Positions 1-10,500 are shown, counted from the stretch's first letter. The stretch is 16,866 nucleotides of DNA from Pseudobdellovibrionaceae bacterium (GCA_039810425.1 JBDHWW010000059.1:1-16866), one strand, 5' to 3'. The notes: generated by a model not told the origin, from the sequence alone. Numbers and translations are program-made.

Positions 1-17
1 GCCCCCATTCCCCGGGA

Positions 18-44
18 AAAGACGGACCATCCGGGTCCGTCTTT
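18..44. terminator. Likely bidirectional intrinsic terminator hairpin
   Basis: Perfect 11-bp stem AAAGACGGACC / GGTCCGTCTTT with a 5-nt loop and A/T tracts on both sides; 10 nt downstream of the stop of ORF 55..279(-). Confidence 0.6.
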
Positions 45-54
45 ATTATCCCAA

Positions 55-279
55 TTAAGCCTGGAACTCCTGAATAGTGCCTAGAACTCCTGATGCGGGA
101 GGCATCAGGAGTAGCGGGAGTTTGAGGGGAGAGCCCTCAACAGACAGGATGTCTGTTTGCAGTGACTCTGCGGCAATAAAAAACTCCGCATTCTCCACCG
201 AAGCCTTGATTTCACGTCGACACATTATCACCAAGAACTCACAGCAACGCGGGCCGGATAAGGGTTTGCATGTAGACAT
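55..279 (-). CDS. Small hypothetical protein (74 aa), uncertain
   Basis: ORF followed directly by a terminator-like hairpin, with a possible extended -10 (TGtTATAAA) at about 351-359 on the minus strand. No recognisable domain, weak RBS, and it overlaps strong hairpins. Confidence 0.3.
   Translation of the reverse strand: MSTCKPLSGPRCCEFLVIMCRREIKASVENAEFFIAAESLQTDILSVEGSPLKLPLLLMPPASGVLGTIQEFQA
59..190 (+). ncRNA. Candidate structured RNA with tandem GGA/purine-loop hairpins (CsrB/RsmY-like)
   Basis: Three consecutive perfect stems: 86-112 (loop GGGAG), 122-140 (loop GAGAG) and 139-157 (ACAGGATGT), plus extra GGA motifs. Confidence 0.3.
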
Positions 280-476
280 GGTTTAATTGAGGAAGAAGGT
301 CCTTCTACGAGTTGGAGGTATATTTGCGGATTAAGGTGTCTTTTCTTTTGTTTATAACAATGAGACAGCGTGGTTAAAGAAAAGGTCTTCTGACAAAGCT
401 TCCGAACTTCACCACCGTCGTCCGGACTCCTGCAACCCCTTTGCCATCAACAGCGTAAGGGGTCAGTTTTTAATGT

Positions 477-767
477 TTACTCGTGGATAGAACCTTTGGC
501 GTCTTCCGCGCGAGTGGCGGACAAAAGCATCTTTTCGATGACATTCTTGTGATCACGAGCTAGCGAAGAGCCCCGGCGTTGGAGCAGTTCCAGTTCATCT
601 TTTAAAAGCCGTTGAAAACAATCTGACGTCGGCTGTGAAAGCAAAGCTTTCGGCCCTTCGGCGAGAATTAAACTGCTCTGTTGTTGTTCGCTCAATAAGC
701 AGTTGTTATCCGCACTGTAAGCAGGTGCCGTCATAAAGGCCAATGTTAAAAAAATCGCACTGTTCAT
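477..767 (-). CDS. Small secreted hypothetical protein (96 aa)
   Basis: Start re-assigned to ATG 767 (GGAAGG upstream); N-terminus MNSAIFLTLAFMTAPAYSA resembles a Sec signal peptide; two Cys. Confidence 0.65.
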   Translation of the reverse strand: MNSAIFLTLAFMTAPAYSADNNCLLSEQQQSSLILAEGPKALLSQPTSDCFQRLLKDELELLQRRGSSLARDHKNVIEKMLLSATRAEDAKGSIHE

Positions 768-871
768 GGTGGGCCTTCCGCGAAGGTTTAAAATAATAGC
801 CCTTACGCCAGCCCCGGAATGAACATTTGCAGTATGGGGCTGCGTTGGCTGGCCAAGAGAATCGGGCAGAA

Positions 872-1951
872 TCACTTCTTAGGTTCTGCTTTCGGTTCGT
901 TTTTGGCTGGTAGATAGTCAGGGGCAATGAATTCCACTGTCAGCGGATATCTATAGATTTTGCTGGAAACCAAAGAAGGCCTGCCGGCTTCAGCATAAGC
1001 TTCGTCCCAAAGGTGGGCGAGCAATACGGAAGAACGGGCTAGCTCCGTCACGATGATCTTGTTGAACCGCTTGTAACCAACGGCCGCACTTTCACGTTCA
1101 GCGGCTTTTCGGACATCCATGCCTTTTTCGTTCACAACGGTTGAAGGCTTTTTCACCGGGTCTTGCTTGAAGATCAGTTTCAACTCATCCTGAGACGACT
1201 CGCTCAAAGCTTTCATTTTCTCGACAACTGTTTTTGGCTTTAAGAACTTAGGACTCTTCATAGCGCGTGCCTCTTTCAAGACACGAGCTTGAAGATCACC
1301 ATCGAATTCGCTGGCAACTTGGTCTTCGTAGTATGCGTGCAAGCCGCCGTGGCCTGTGGCATAACCATCATAGTCCGCCGTGTTATGCAAAGGCTGAGAA
1401 GCATCACCGACAAAATGGCCGGTCAAACCCAGACTGACGGCCATCTCATAAGCAGCTTTGTTGTAAGGAAGATTGTCGTCTGTTTCTTCTTTGGAATTCT
1501 TTGGTGGTTCCGCCGCCGCCAATTCTTTGCCGAAAGTCAGGAAACGGCGATAGAACTGATCCGCGCGCCACCACAAAGAACCAAACTCAGAAGGTACGTT
1601 GTGGATCGTTGCGCTCTTATTGAACTGGTTTGGTTTGCCAGTGTAAGTTTCAACAATCTGCGGAAAGTCCGTCGGGATTTCAGTCACTTTTATGCCCAAG
1701 ATCTCAACATCAATGAAATGAGTCGGGTTCCCAAGCTTCGTTACGTCAGAAGGGAAAGAACGCCAGTAAAAATCCGGCATATTGCAAAGATGGCCCATCA
1801 TCTGTGGTTTGTTTTTTAAATATTCTTTGAGACCCGGTTCTTTAACCAAGAACACCGCCGTTTCGCAGATTGCTGCATGGGCACGTCCTCCCCACCCATG
1901 GGCTTGAGAGGTAAGTCCGACGACCGTCAAAAGAGCTAAAAGAGTTTTCAT
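872..1951 (-). CDS. Secreted S1/P1 nuclease / zinc-dependent phospholipase C-fold enzyme
   Basis: Signal peptide ending AHG, then mature N-terminal WGGRAH; HFID, GHFVGDASQPLH and LHAYYED zinc-ligand motifs; TGATG overlap with the upstream permease stop (alternative GTG at 1954). Confidence 0.85.
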   Translation of the reverse strand: MKTLLALLTVVGLTSQAHGWGGRAHAAICETAVFLVKEPGLKEYLKNKPQMMGHLCNMPDFYWRSFPSDVTKLGNPTHFIDVEILGIKVTEIPTDFPQIVETYTGKPNQFNKSATIHNVPSEFGSLWWRADQFYRRFLTFGKELAAAEPPKNSKEETDDNLPYNKAAYEMAVSLGLTGHFVGDASQPLHNTADYDGYATGHGGLHAYYEDQVASEFDGDLQARVLKEARAMKSPKFLKPKTVVEKMKALSESSQDELKLIFKQDPVKKPSTVVNEKGMDVRKAAERESAAVGYKRFNKIIVTELARSSVLLAHLWDEAYAEAGRPSLVSSKIYRYPLTVEFIAPDYLPAKNEPKAEPKK

Positions 1952-2829
1952 CACAACACCTTTCCTAATGCTTTAGGGGCTTCACTTTTACCAAAGAAAC
2001 CCGCCAGCGCAATGATTGTCACAACATAAGGTAAAATCTGAATAAACTGAACCGGCACTTCTACGCCGCCGATTGCCACGCCCTGCAAACGAATTTGCAA
2101 AGCATCCGTCACACCAAAGAATAAACACGCCGCCAGTGCTGGCAATGGCTTCCAGCGGCCGAAGATCAAAGCCGCCAGCGCCATAAATCCGCGGCCACCG
2201 GTCATCATCGGAGAATAAGAGGACGCTAAGAAGGTCGAAAGGCTCGCACCACCCATAGCAGCTAAAGCACCGCTGGTGATAACGCTGAACCAACGAACTT
2301 TGCGAACGCTCACACCGGCAGAAGAAAGGGCTTCAGGATGCTCTCCCGCAAATTGTAGCCACAATCCTGAATGCGTTTCATAGAACCAATAAGCCACTCC
2401 CGCAACGAGAACAAAGGCCATCACCGTCGGTTCAAAGCTAAAACGGTCTTCGAGGGCAATACCCGGAGTGGAACCGGTCGAGTTAAAAAGAATCTTTGTT
2501 AAGAACGGCATCACACCGACAGTGAGGATATTAATCGCAGTCCCCGTGACGATTTGATCCGCTTTAAGCTCAATCACAAAGAATGCATACAGTGCGCCGA
2601 TCAAGCTGCCGGCGGCCAAAGCCATGGCCCAGCCGGCCCATGCAGAATGGGAATAGTAGGCAACAACCGCTGCGATAAAAGCACCCGTCAGCATGAAGCC
2701 CTCCAGTGCGATATTTACAACGCCCGAGCGTTCACTCATCAAACCGCCCATAGAGGCAAAGATCATCGGCGTTGCCATGCGAAGGCCCGCTAACAACAAT
2801 GAAAGAAACGCTATTAAGAGATCACTCAT
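1951..2829 (-). CDS. Nucleoside/simple-sugar ABC transporter permease (NupC/YufQ-like)
   Basis: Hydrophobic; SERSGVVNIALEG, GEHPEA..AGV and GRGFMALAALIFGRWKP motifs; ATG 2829 overlaps the upstream stop (ATGA). Confidence 0.92.
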   Translation of the reverse strand: MSDLLIAFLSLLLAGLRMATPMIFASMGGLMSERSGVVNIALEGFMLTGAFIAAVVAYYSHSAWAGWAMALAAGSLIGALYAFFVIELKADQIVTGTAINILTVGVMPFLTKILFNSTGSTPGIALEDRFSFEPTVMAFVLVAGVAYWFYETHSGLWLQFAGEHPEALSSAGVSVRKVRWFSVITSGALAAMGGASLSTFLASSYSPMMTGGRGFMALAALIFGRWKPLPALAACLFFGVTDALQIRLQGVAIGGVEVPVQFIQILPYVVTIIALAGFFGKSEAPKALGKVL

Positions 2830-3866
2830 GACTGGCGCTTCTTTCCCTTGGTGCGTGTTTTCCAAACCCACAGGCCGTGCGACGCCACGCCAAGAATAAT
2901 CAAGCTCTGAATGATTTTAGAAAAATCGCGAGTGATCGTTGTTGTTTCAAGATCCAGATCGGAAGCTCCTTTGTGAAGCGCGCCCATCAAGAAGGCAGCG
3001 AAAATAACGCCGATCGGATTGTTCTGAGCAAGCAATGCCACGGCAATGCCGATAAAACCATAATCTGCTGAAAAGCCGACTTTAAACTGGCCGGCGCTTC
3101 CCATCACCTCACCCAGAGCGACAAAGCCTGCCAGCGCGCCGGCAAGGCCCATCGCCCAGATGCGGATTTTCTTTTCAGAGATCCCTGCGCGATTGGCTGC
3201 ATCAGGATTTGCGCCCACGACGCGGAGTTCGTAACCAAAAGTAGTTTTCCACAAAAGCACCCACACGCAGATAGCGACAAAAATCGCAATCACCAGAGCG
3301 GCACTCACCGGGGTGTCCGGGAAAAACTTCGCTACGAGGTCGTAATCCTTCAAAAAATAACCGGCTCCCACCAGAGCCGTCTCAGGATTCTGTGAGTTCG
3401 GGTTTGGAATCACCCGCAACGTGAACCAGCTCGCAAGACCCGCGGCAATAAAATTTAACATAATCGTCACAATCACTTCGTGGCTGCCGCGAACCGCCCG
3501 CAACCAACCGGCAACGAAGCCCCAGAACCCAGCCATCGCGAGGGCTCCTGCCAGAGCCAGCAAGGGGGCCAACGGGAACGGTACATTCGGCAAGAATACA
3601 CCGATCGCCGCAGCGGTAAGAGTCGCCATTGTCAACTGACCTTCGCCGCCGATGTTGAAAAGGCCGGAGTGAAACGCCAATGCCACAGAAAGACCGCAGA
3701 AAATCAGCGGTGTTGTATAGAATAAAGTCAATCCCAAATCATAACGAGAGCCAAAGGCGCTGTTATACAGAATGCCGGCGATATGAAACGGATTTTCGCC
3801 CGCAAGCGACGTCAATGACAATGCGATCACAAGACCAAGAGCGAAGCCGGCAAAAGTCCTCTTCAC
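2826..3866 (-). CDS. Nucleoside/simple-sugar ABC transporter permease (NupB/YufP-like)
   Basis: GLFNIGGEGQ, EVIVTIMLN, GYELRVVGANPDAA..AGI and GF.GIAVALLA motifs; GTGA overlap with the ATPase stop. Confidence 0.92.
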   Translation of the reverse strand: MKRTFAGFALGLVIALSLTSLAGENPFHIAGILYNSAFGSRYDLGLTLFYTTPLIFCGLSVALAFHSGLFNIGGEGQLTMATLTAAAIGVFLPNVPFPLAPLLALAGALAMAGFWGFVAGWLRAVRGSHEVIVTIMLNFIAAGLASWFTLRVIPNPNSQNPETALVGAGYFLKDYDLVAKFFPDTPVSAALVIAIFVAICVWVLLWKTTFGYELRVVGANPDAANRAGISEKKIRIWAMGLAGALAGFVALGEVMGSAGQFKVGFSADYGFIGIAVALLAQNNPIGVIFAAFLMGALHKGASDLDLETTTITRDFSKIIQSLIILGVASHGLWVWKTRTKGKKRQS

Positions 3867-5383
3867 GCGCGACCTCCCATGGCGGCGCCGATTTCAATTT
3901 CGTTATAATGGTTCCCACGCAGGAACTCGGCCACGATCTGTCCTTTGAACAAAACCAAAATACGATCTGACAAAGTCATGAGCTCTTCAAGTTCAGAAGA
4001 GACCAACAAGATGCCGGCCCCGCGGTTGCGGGCATCCAAAAGTTGTTCATGAATAAATTCAATCGCACCGATATCCACGCCACGCGTGGGCTTCGCCGCT
4101 AAAATAAAATCAGGATTGTTCTGCAGCTCGCGCGCGACGACAAGCTTTTGTTGGTTGCCCCCGGAAAGGCGATCGATCTGCGTATAAATATCGCGTGGTC
4201 TGACATCGAATTTTTCCATCGCGGCCTTGGTTTTGGCAAAAATATTTTGGAAATTAAAAAAGCCGAGGCGGGCGTACTCTGTGGAGTTGTGATAGCCCAA
4301 GATGAAGTTTTCATAAAGCGGGCGTCCGCTGACAACCCCGAAGCGCAAGCGGTCTTCCGGAAATGCCGCTAAACCCAAAGCGCGCACCTGAGCGGCCGTC
4401 AGTTTCACGGTTGATTGATCTTTGATTTTGATCTGACCTTTGATTTTTATATGGTGCGGATCCAGAAGCGCATAAATCAATTGATCCTGACCATTGCCTT
4501 CAACACCCGCGATGCCGACGATTTCGCCCGTACGAACTTGCAGATTCAAGTGCGCCAAAGTACCGTGCTTGTCGGCCAAATTCACATCCGTCATTTTCAT
4601 TACAAAATTCTGATTGGCAAACTGTGTGCGGCTGCTCAAAGAAAGATTCTTGATTTTACGGCCGACCATGTGCTCAGCAAGGTCCTCTACGGAGGTTTCA
4701 GAGATTTTCTTATTCGCTGTTGCCGTTCCGGCGCGCAGGACGGTCACCGCATCCGCCACAGCCATCACTTCTTTCAGTTTGTGCGTGATAATGATGATGG
4801 TGCGGCCCTCAGCCTTTAGCTTCCGCAAGTTTTTAAATAAATCGTCGATCTCTTGGGGGGTCAAGACGGCGGTGGGCTCATCCAGTATGATGATCTTTGA
4901 ATCCTGCGAAAGAATTTTCAGAATCTCAATACGCTGCTGGGTGCCGACAGAGAGCCGATGAACCGGCACATCCCAATTGATGTCGAATTGGTATTCCGCC
5001 GCGAGCTTTTGCAGGCGTGCGCGGTGTTCGCGGCGGCGGAGCCCTTGAAAGGCCTTCGTATTTTTCTGAAAGAGAAGAATATTGTCCAAAGCGCTGAGGG
5101 GTTCGGCCAACATGAAGTGTTGATGGACCATCCCGATACCGAGGTTCATCGCATCGGCGGGGGAGTGAAAGTGCACTTCTTGGCCGTGTACTTTTAAAAT
5201 CCCCTCATCGGGGGGGTAAAGGCCGAAAAGAATCTTCATCGAGGTCGATTTGCCCGCGCCGTTTTCACCCACGATGGCGTGAATGCTACCTGCGGCAACT
5301 GAAAAGCTCAACTTCTGTACAGAGATGCAATCTCCGAACTGTTTGTGAACTCCAGTGAATTCAACAGCAGGCTGGCCTGACAT
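3863..5383 (-). CDS. Nucleoside/simple-sugar ABC transporter ATP-binding protein (two fused NBDs, NupA/YufO-like)
   Basis: Walker A GENGAGKST, MVHQHF, ILDEPTAVLTPQE; second domain has LSGGNQQK and PTRGVDIGA. Confidence 0.95.
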   Translation of the reverse strand: MSGQPAVEFTGVHKQFGDCISVQKLSFSVAAGSIHAIVGENGAGKSTSMKILFGLYPPDEGILKVHGQEVHFHSPADAMNLGIGMVHQHFMLAEPLSALDNILLFQKNTKAFQGLRRREHRARLQKLAAEYQFDINWDVPVHRLSVGTQQRIEILKILSQDSKIIILDEPTAVLTPQEIDDLFKNLRKLKAEGRTIIIITHKLKEVMAVADAVTVLRAGTATANKKISETSVEDLAEHMVGRKIKNLSLSSRTQFANQNFVMKMTDVNLADKHGTLAHLNLQVRTGEIVGIAGVEGNGQDQLIYALLDPHHIKIKGQIKIKDQSTVKLTAAQVRALGLAAFPEDRLRFGVVSGRPLYENFILGYHNSTEYARLGFFNFQNIFAKTKAAMEKFDVRPRDIYTQIDRLSGGNQQKLVVARELQNNPDFILAAKPTRGVDIGAIEFIHEQLLDARNRGAGILLVSSELEELMTLSDRILVLFKGQIVAEFLRGNHYNEIEIGAAMGGRA

Positions 5384-5388
5384 GGGAA

Positions 5389-6387
5389 TTACTTTTTCCC
5401 TTGAGTATAGTAATCGGGAACCTTGATTTTACCGGCTGTGATCTGGGCTTTCAATTCATCCAGTTTCTGTAGGATATCCGGAGTTAAAAGTTTTTTGTTG
5501 TTATCATCCAAAGCGTAATCAACGCCTTTGTCTTTGATTCCATAGTGAACCGCACCGGCGGTGAATTTACCATTCTGCGTGTCTTGAATGGTGTTATAAA
5601 CAGCCACATCCACGCGTTTCATCATACTCGTCAAGATAAAGCCCGGCTTCATCCAGTTTTGGTTGGAGTCAACCCCGATTGCGAGTTTTTTCTTCTCTTC
5701 AACGGCGTCGAAAACACCCGAACCGGAAGCGCCTGCAGCCACGAAGATCACGTCCGCACCTTGAGAGATTTGCGCAAGAGCCAACTCTTTTGCTTTTGCG
5801 GGATTGTTCCACGCTTCACCAGTGACGCCGATGTAGTTTGTAGTCACAGTCGCCTTGGGATTGATGTGTTGGGCACCAGCAGCGTAGCCCATTTGGAAAC
5901 GGCGGATGAGTGGAATATCCATGCCGCCGATAAAGCCGAGCTTTCCACTTTTCGATTTCAAAGCCGCGGCGGCTCCCACAAGAAAAGAGCCTTCGTGATC
6001 CGCAAACAACAAAGAGCGAACATTGGGTGCTGCGATGTCACCGTCAACGATGGCGAATTTCACATTTGGGAACTGAGCGGCGACTTTTTTAACGGCTTCG
6101 GCCTGCGCGAATCCAATGCCGATAACCAAGTCGAAGTTTTTGCGCGCAAACGCGCGATGCAGGTTTTCAATGGCGTTCGTGTCCGTGGCCTCAACATATT
6201 TCAATTCAATTTTGAGATCTTTTTCGGCTTTAGACGCACCTTCGTAGGCGGCGGAGTTAAAGGACTTGTCGTCTTTGCCGCCTTTGTCGAGAACCAAGCC
6301 GACCTTCAAAGGAGCCGCAAGAGAAATCGCAGAAGAACCAATGCCACTTACCAAAATCGTAAAAAACAATACGAGGTTTTTAAACAT
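5389..6387 (-). CDS. BMP-family (PnrA/TmpC-like) ABC substrate-binding protein, probably nucleoside-binding
   Basis: DDKSFN, EGSFLVG, GFIGGM, GADVIF.AAG, AIGVDSNQ and TSMMKRVD motifs; start re-assigned to ATG 6387 (AGGA upstream); signal peptide without a lipobox Cys. Confidence 0.92.
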   Translation of the reverse strand: MFKNLVLFFTILVSGIGSSAISLAAPLKVGLVLDKGGKDDKSFNSAAYEGASKAEKDLKIELKYVEATDTNAIENLHRAFARKNFDLVIGIGFAQAEAVKKVAAQFPNVKFAIVDGDIAAPNVRSLLFADHEGSFLVGAAAALKSKSGKLGFIGGMDIPLIRRFQMGYAAGAQHINPKATVTTNYIGVTGEAWNNPAKAKELALAQISQGADVIFVAAGASGSGVFDAVEEKKKLAIGVDSNQNWMKPGFILTSMMKRVDVAVYNTIQDTQNGKFTAGAVHYGIKDKGVDYALDDNNKKLLTPDILQKLDELKAQITAGKIKVPDYYTQGKK

Positions 6388-6548
6388 AGTTAAATTCCTG
6401 ATTTTATTGGAAAAGTTAATTAAAACTCGGGGAAATCTAGCCCTCATGCCTCGGGGGGTCAAGCCAAATTTATCTCTGAAAGTTAACAAAAAATTCGCTG
6501 GTAGCGCGTGGCTTTTCACATAGGGGCGGACTACTTATAGACCCTATA

Positions 6549-6566
6549 GTTTACACTTACGTAAAC
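6549..6566. promoter_or_regulatory. Palindrome GTTTAC-N6-GTAAAC, candidate Crp-family operator
   Basis: Perfect 6-bp arms with a 6-bp spacer in the divergent intergenic region, 35 bp upstream of the regulator start. Confidence 0.35.
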
Positions 6567-6601
6567 ACTCGGATAAACAATGCAAGCATTGGAGGTTTGC
6601 A

Positions 6602-7324
6602 ATGCAAACACAGACAGTTCTTAATGCGGGTTCCGTCGGAGTTATTGGGAATACAGAAAGTAGTACAGTGATTTCAACAGCTTCGGAGCTACCCTACGAA
6701 ATCATTCAGCTCAAGGAAGGAGATATCCTCTACAGAGAGGGAGACACGTCCAAGGGTCTTTACTACGTTCACAGTGGTTCGGTGAAGGTGGTGGTAAACA
6801 GAAACCTAACCCGTGGCCGCACGACATCCCCGGAATATGTTACCAAGCTGGTGTCGCCTGGTGAGTTTTTTGGTTACAAAGCCCTTGTAAGAGGTTCACC
6901 CTCTTCGTCGATGGCAAAAGCCATTAAGCCAACGACTGTCTGGTTGTATCCAAAAGATGTGGTTCTGACCGGGCTTCAGCAAGCGTCGCCTTTGTTGAAA
7001 ATGCTCCTTCAGCAGGCCGTGTCTGATATCGAAAGTTACGAGATCACAAACCAATTGCACTACTTGGCTTCAGTTCAAGAGCGCATCGCGTACCAATTGG
7101 TCGTGTTAGCGGACAAGTTCGGGGTGCAAACTCCGGCTGGTATTTCCTTGAACTTGAAGTTAACTCGCAACGAGTTTGCACAGTTAGCAAGTACCATCAA
7201 TGAATCTTTGTCACGCCATCTGACGGAGTTTAAAAACGAAGGTTTGATCGAGCTCAATGGTAAAGAAATTATTATCAAGGACATGAAATCTTTGATGGCG
7301 AAGTCGGGTAACTTTAAAATCTAG
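6602..7324 (+). CDS. Crp/Fnr-family transcriptional regulator
   Basis: cNMP-binding-like barrel (LYREGD..GLYYVHSGSVKV, PGEFFG); C-terminal HTH LTRNEFAQLASTINESLSRHL..FKNEGLI; GGAGG RBS at 6591-6595. Confidence 0.93.
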   Translation: MQTQTVLNAGSVGVIGNTESSTVISTASELPYEIIQLKEGDILYREGDTSKGLYYVHSGSVKVVVNRNLTRGRTTSPEYVTKLVSPGEFFGYKALVRGSPSSSMAKAIKPTTVWLYPKDVVLTGLQQASPLLKMLLQQAVSDIESYEITNQLHYLASVQERIAYQLVVLADKFGVQTPAGISLNLKLTRNEFAQLASTINESLSRHLTEFKNEGLIELNGKEIIIKDMKSLMAKSGNFKI

Positions 7325-7381
7325 CCGGAAGATAGCCAAAGTCTAGTTTTGAGACTGGAAATTAAAATACACAACACCCTT

Positions 7382-7410
7382 AAAAAGCGGACTGCCAAGT
7401 CCGCTTTTTT
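7382..7410. terminator. Intrinsic terminator after the Crp/Fnr gene
   Basis: AAAAAGCGGACT-GCCA-AGTCCGCTTTTT(T): 12-bp inverted repeat with a T tract. Confidence 0.8.
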
Positions 7411-7515
7411 CTGAGAAAATCTTGGACGATCGCAGTGTTATCCACACGGTTTCCATAATTCCGGCGTAAAACTGAATTGTGGAGGCTCAGTGGCTTCTGT
7501 TTTGGGGTGTAGTGT

Positions 7516-10500
7516 ATGAAACTCTCGGATTTATCGATTCGCAATCCTGTTTTTGCCTGGATGCTCATGTTTGGTTTGATCGGTTTCGGTCTGATTTCAT
7601 ACAGCCGCATGGGCCTCAGCCAATTGCCAGACGTCGACTTTCCCACCGTGACCGTCTCTCTGTCTTTGGCCGGTGCCGCCCCTGAGGTTATGGAAACTCA
7701 AGTTGTCGATGTTGTCGAAAGTGCGCTGATGACCGTGGAGGGGGTGCAAAGAATCACCTCCACCAGTAAGTCCGGTGCTGCAACCGTGACGGTTGAGTTC
7801 GATTTGGACCGTAATATCGATATTGCACTTCAAGATGTTCAAGCCAAAGTGGCTGCGGCCCAAAGAAGACTGCCGGACGAACTCGATCCACCGACGATTT
7901 CTAAAACCAATCCTGAAGATCAGCCGATTCTGTGGCTGGCTTTGACCTACGACAAAGGCGATTCTGAATTCCTGATGAAGTACGCGAAGGATTACTTGCG
8001 GGACCGTTTGACGACCGTTGAGGGTGTGGGTGAGTTGACTCTGGGGGGATACACGGATCCAGTGATGCGTGTTCACGTTCGTCCCAAGGATCTTATTCGT
8101 TACAATATCTCCGTGAATGACGTGATAGATGCGGTCAAAAATGAGCACTCAGAGCTTCCGGGGGGGTATCTTGAAAATGATAAAAAGTACTTCAACGTTC
8201 GCACCATGGGTGAAGCAAAGACGGTGGATGAATTTAAATCCATTGTGATCAGTAGCCGCGGAGGTAAGGCCGTTCAAGACCCGACCAATATGGTTCGTCT
8301 GTCCCAAGTTGCGGACGTGAGCATGGGCCTAGATGATGTTCGCCGCTTCTCGCGTTTCAACGGAACTCCGGCGCTGGGTCTCGGTATCAAGAAACAGCGC
8401 GGGACGAATGCGGTGGCCGTTGGCCGGGGTGTGAAGGAAAGAGCCAGAGAACTCGAGTCACAATTGCCGGAAGGTATGAAGCTTGCGGTGAACTACGATT
8501 CAACAATTTTTATTGAAAACTCGGTCCGTGAACTCGTAAAGCACTTGGGTCTTGCAGTGATTCTGACTTCGATCGTGTGCTGGATATTCCTCGGGAGTTG
8601 GTCGGCGACCTTCAACGTTCTCTTGTCGATTCCGACGTCACTCCTCGGAGCGTTCATCGGTTTGTACTTCCTGGGATATACGCTCAATACGTTTACGCTT
8701 TTGGGTTTGACTCTGGCGATCGGTATCGTCGTGGATGATGCCATCATGGTTCTCGAGAATATCTTCAGGTATAACGAACAGGGCAGGGGCAAGATCGAAT
8801 CCGCCATCATTGGCGCCCGCGAGATCACCTTTGCGGCGATCGCCGCGACGGCTGCGGTTGTCGCGATCTTCTTGCCGGTCGCATTCATGAAGGGAATCAT
8901 AGGCAAGTTCTTCATGCAGTTCGGAGTGACGATCTCGATTGCGGTTGTGTTGTCATTGTTGGAGTCCTTGACGATCACTCCTATGCGTTGCGCAAGTTTC
9001 GTTCATGTTGGTCACAGAACAACTCGTTTGGGCCGCGCTTTCGAATTGTTGATGGATAAAACCGTTCATTGGTACGCCGGAGCTTTGAAGTTTTGCTTGC
9101 GCCATCCAAAGAAGATTCTCATCGCTTCCTTGGTATTTGTGGCGGCGTCGTTCACAGTGCTCCGCAACCTCAACAAAGAGATGTCACCGGCTCAGGATAT
9201 GAGCATGTTCATGGCACGTTTGATGTTGCCGGTGGGTACTTCACTTGCCTATACCAACCAACAGGCGCAAACGGCTGAAAAATACCTCCAGTCGCGCCCT
9301 GAAATTTTGAAAGTCTACTCGGTGATCGGTGGCTTCGGTGGTGGTAGTTCTTCGGACTCAAATCAGATTATGATGATGGTGTCGTTGAAACCCAAAGGGC
9401 AGCGGGGTATCGATAAAGAGGCGGGTCACGAGTTGTCGCAGGCGGAGTTCATGCAAGTCGCCCGTAAGATCCTTGCAAAAATTCCTGATGTGCGTCCGGT
9501 CTTGATGGATATGTCGATGCGCGGATTCTCTTCTGGCCGCGGCTTCCCGGTAGAGTTTACGGTTCTAGGTTCTGACTGGGATCAGTTGGCAAAATCAGCT
9601 GACGAAATCATGGAAGGAATGACCCAGTCTGGTTTAATGGTCGACGTCGATTCGGACTATCTTTTGGGTATGCCGGAAATTCAAATCGTTCCGGACCGTG
9701 TCGGCGCCGCTCATCGTGGAATCCGCGTGGCTGCGATCGGTAATTCCGTAAATGCGCTTATCGGTGGCGTGAAGGTCGGAGAGTATCCAGAAGGCGGTCA
9801 CCGTTACGATATCAAAGTGAAGTTGAACTCTCAGTTGCCACCGCAACAAGAGTTGCGGTCACTGATGATCAACAATGCGCTCGGAAATTTGATTCCGATC
9901 ACGCAGGTCACCAGCGAAAGAACTGAAAAGAGCTTGCAGTCGATATCTCGTTCAAACCGTCAACGGGCGATCACCGTCAGTGCTAATCTCAAAACGGGCG
10001 TTTCTCAACAAGCCGCAATGGCCAAGGTTGAGGAGATCGCAAAGCATGTTCTGAAGCCGGGCTACATGATTGCTCAAGGCGGTAATGCGAAGTCTTTCCA
10101 AGAGTCTTTCCAAAGTTTAATTTTTGCGTTGGTGTTGGGTCTGTTTGTTGCCTATATGGTTTTGGCGAGCCAGTTCAACTCGTTCATAGATCCGGTGACG
10201 ATCCTGATGGCCTTGCCGTTCAGCTTTAGCGGCGCTTTCTTCGGATTGTGGGTGACGGGGCAATCACTCAATATGTATTCGATGATTGGTTTGTTGTTGT
10301 TGATGGGGATCGTAAAAAAGAATTCGATCTTGTTGATCGAGTTCACAAACACAGTGCGCGACCGGGGTGTTGATAAAGCCTTTGATGCCTTGGTGGAAGC
10401 GTGCCCGATTCGTCTTCGTCCCATCATTATGACATCAGCGGCAACGATTGCCGCCGCAATTCCTTCGGCTCTTGCGGCAGGCGAGGGCTCCGAGACCATG

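Noticed and set aside
380..470. c-di-GMP riboswitch or other aptamer near the ACCCCTT...AAGGGGT hairpin
   Set aside because: The conserved GNRA tetraloop/receptor and GCAAAG core are not found in the right arrangement; at most a terminator-like stem.
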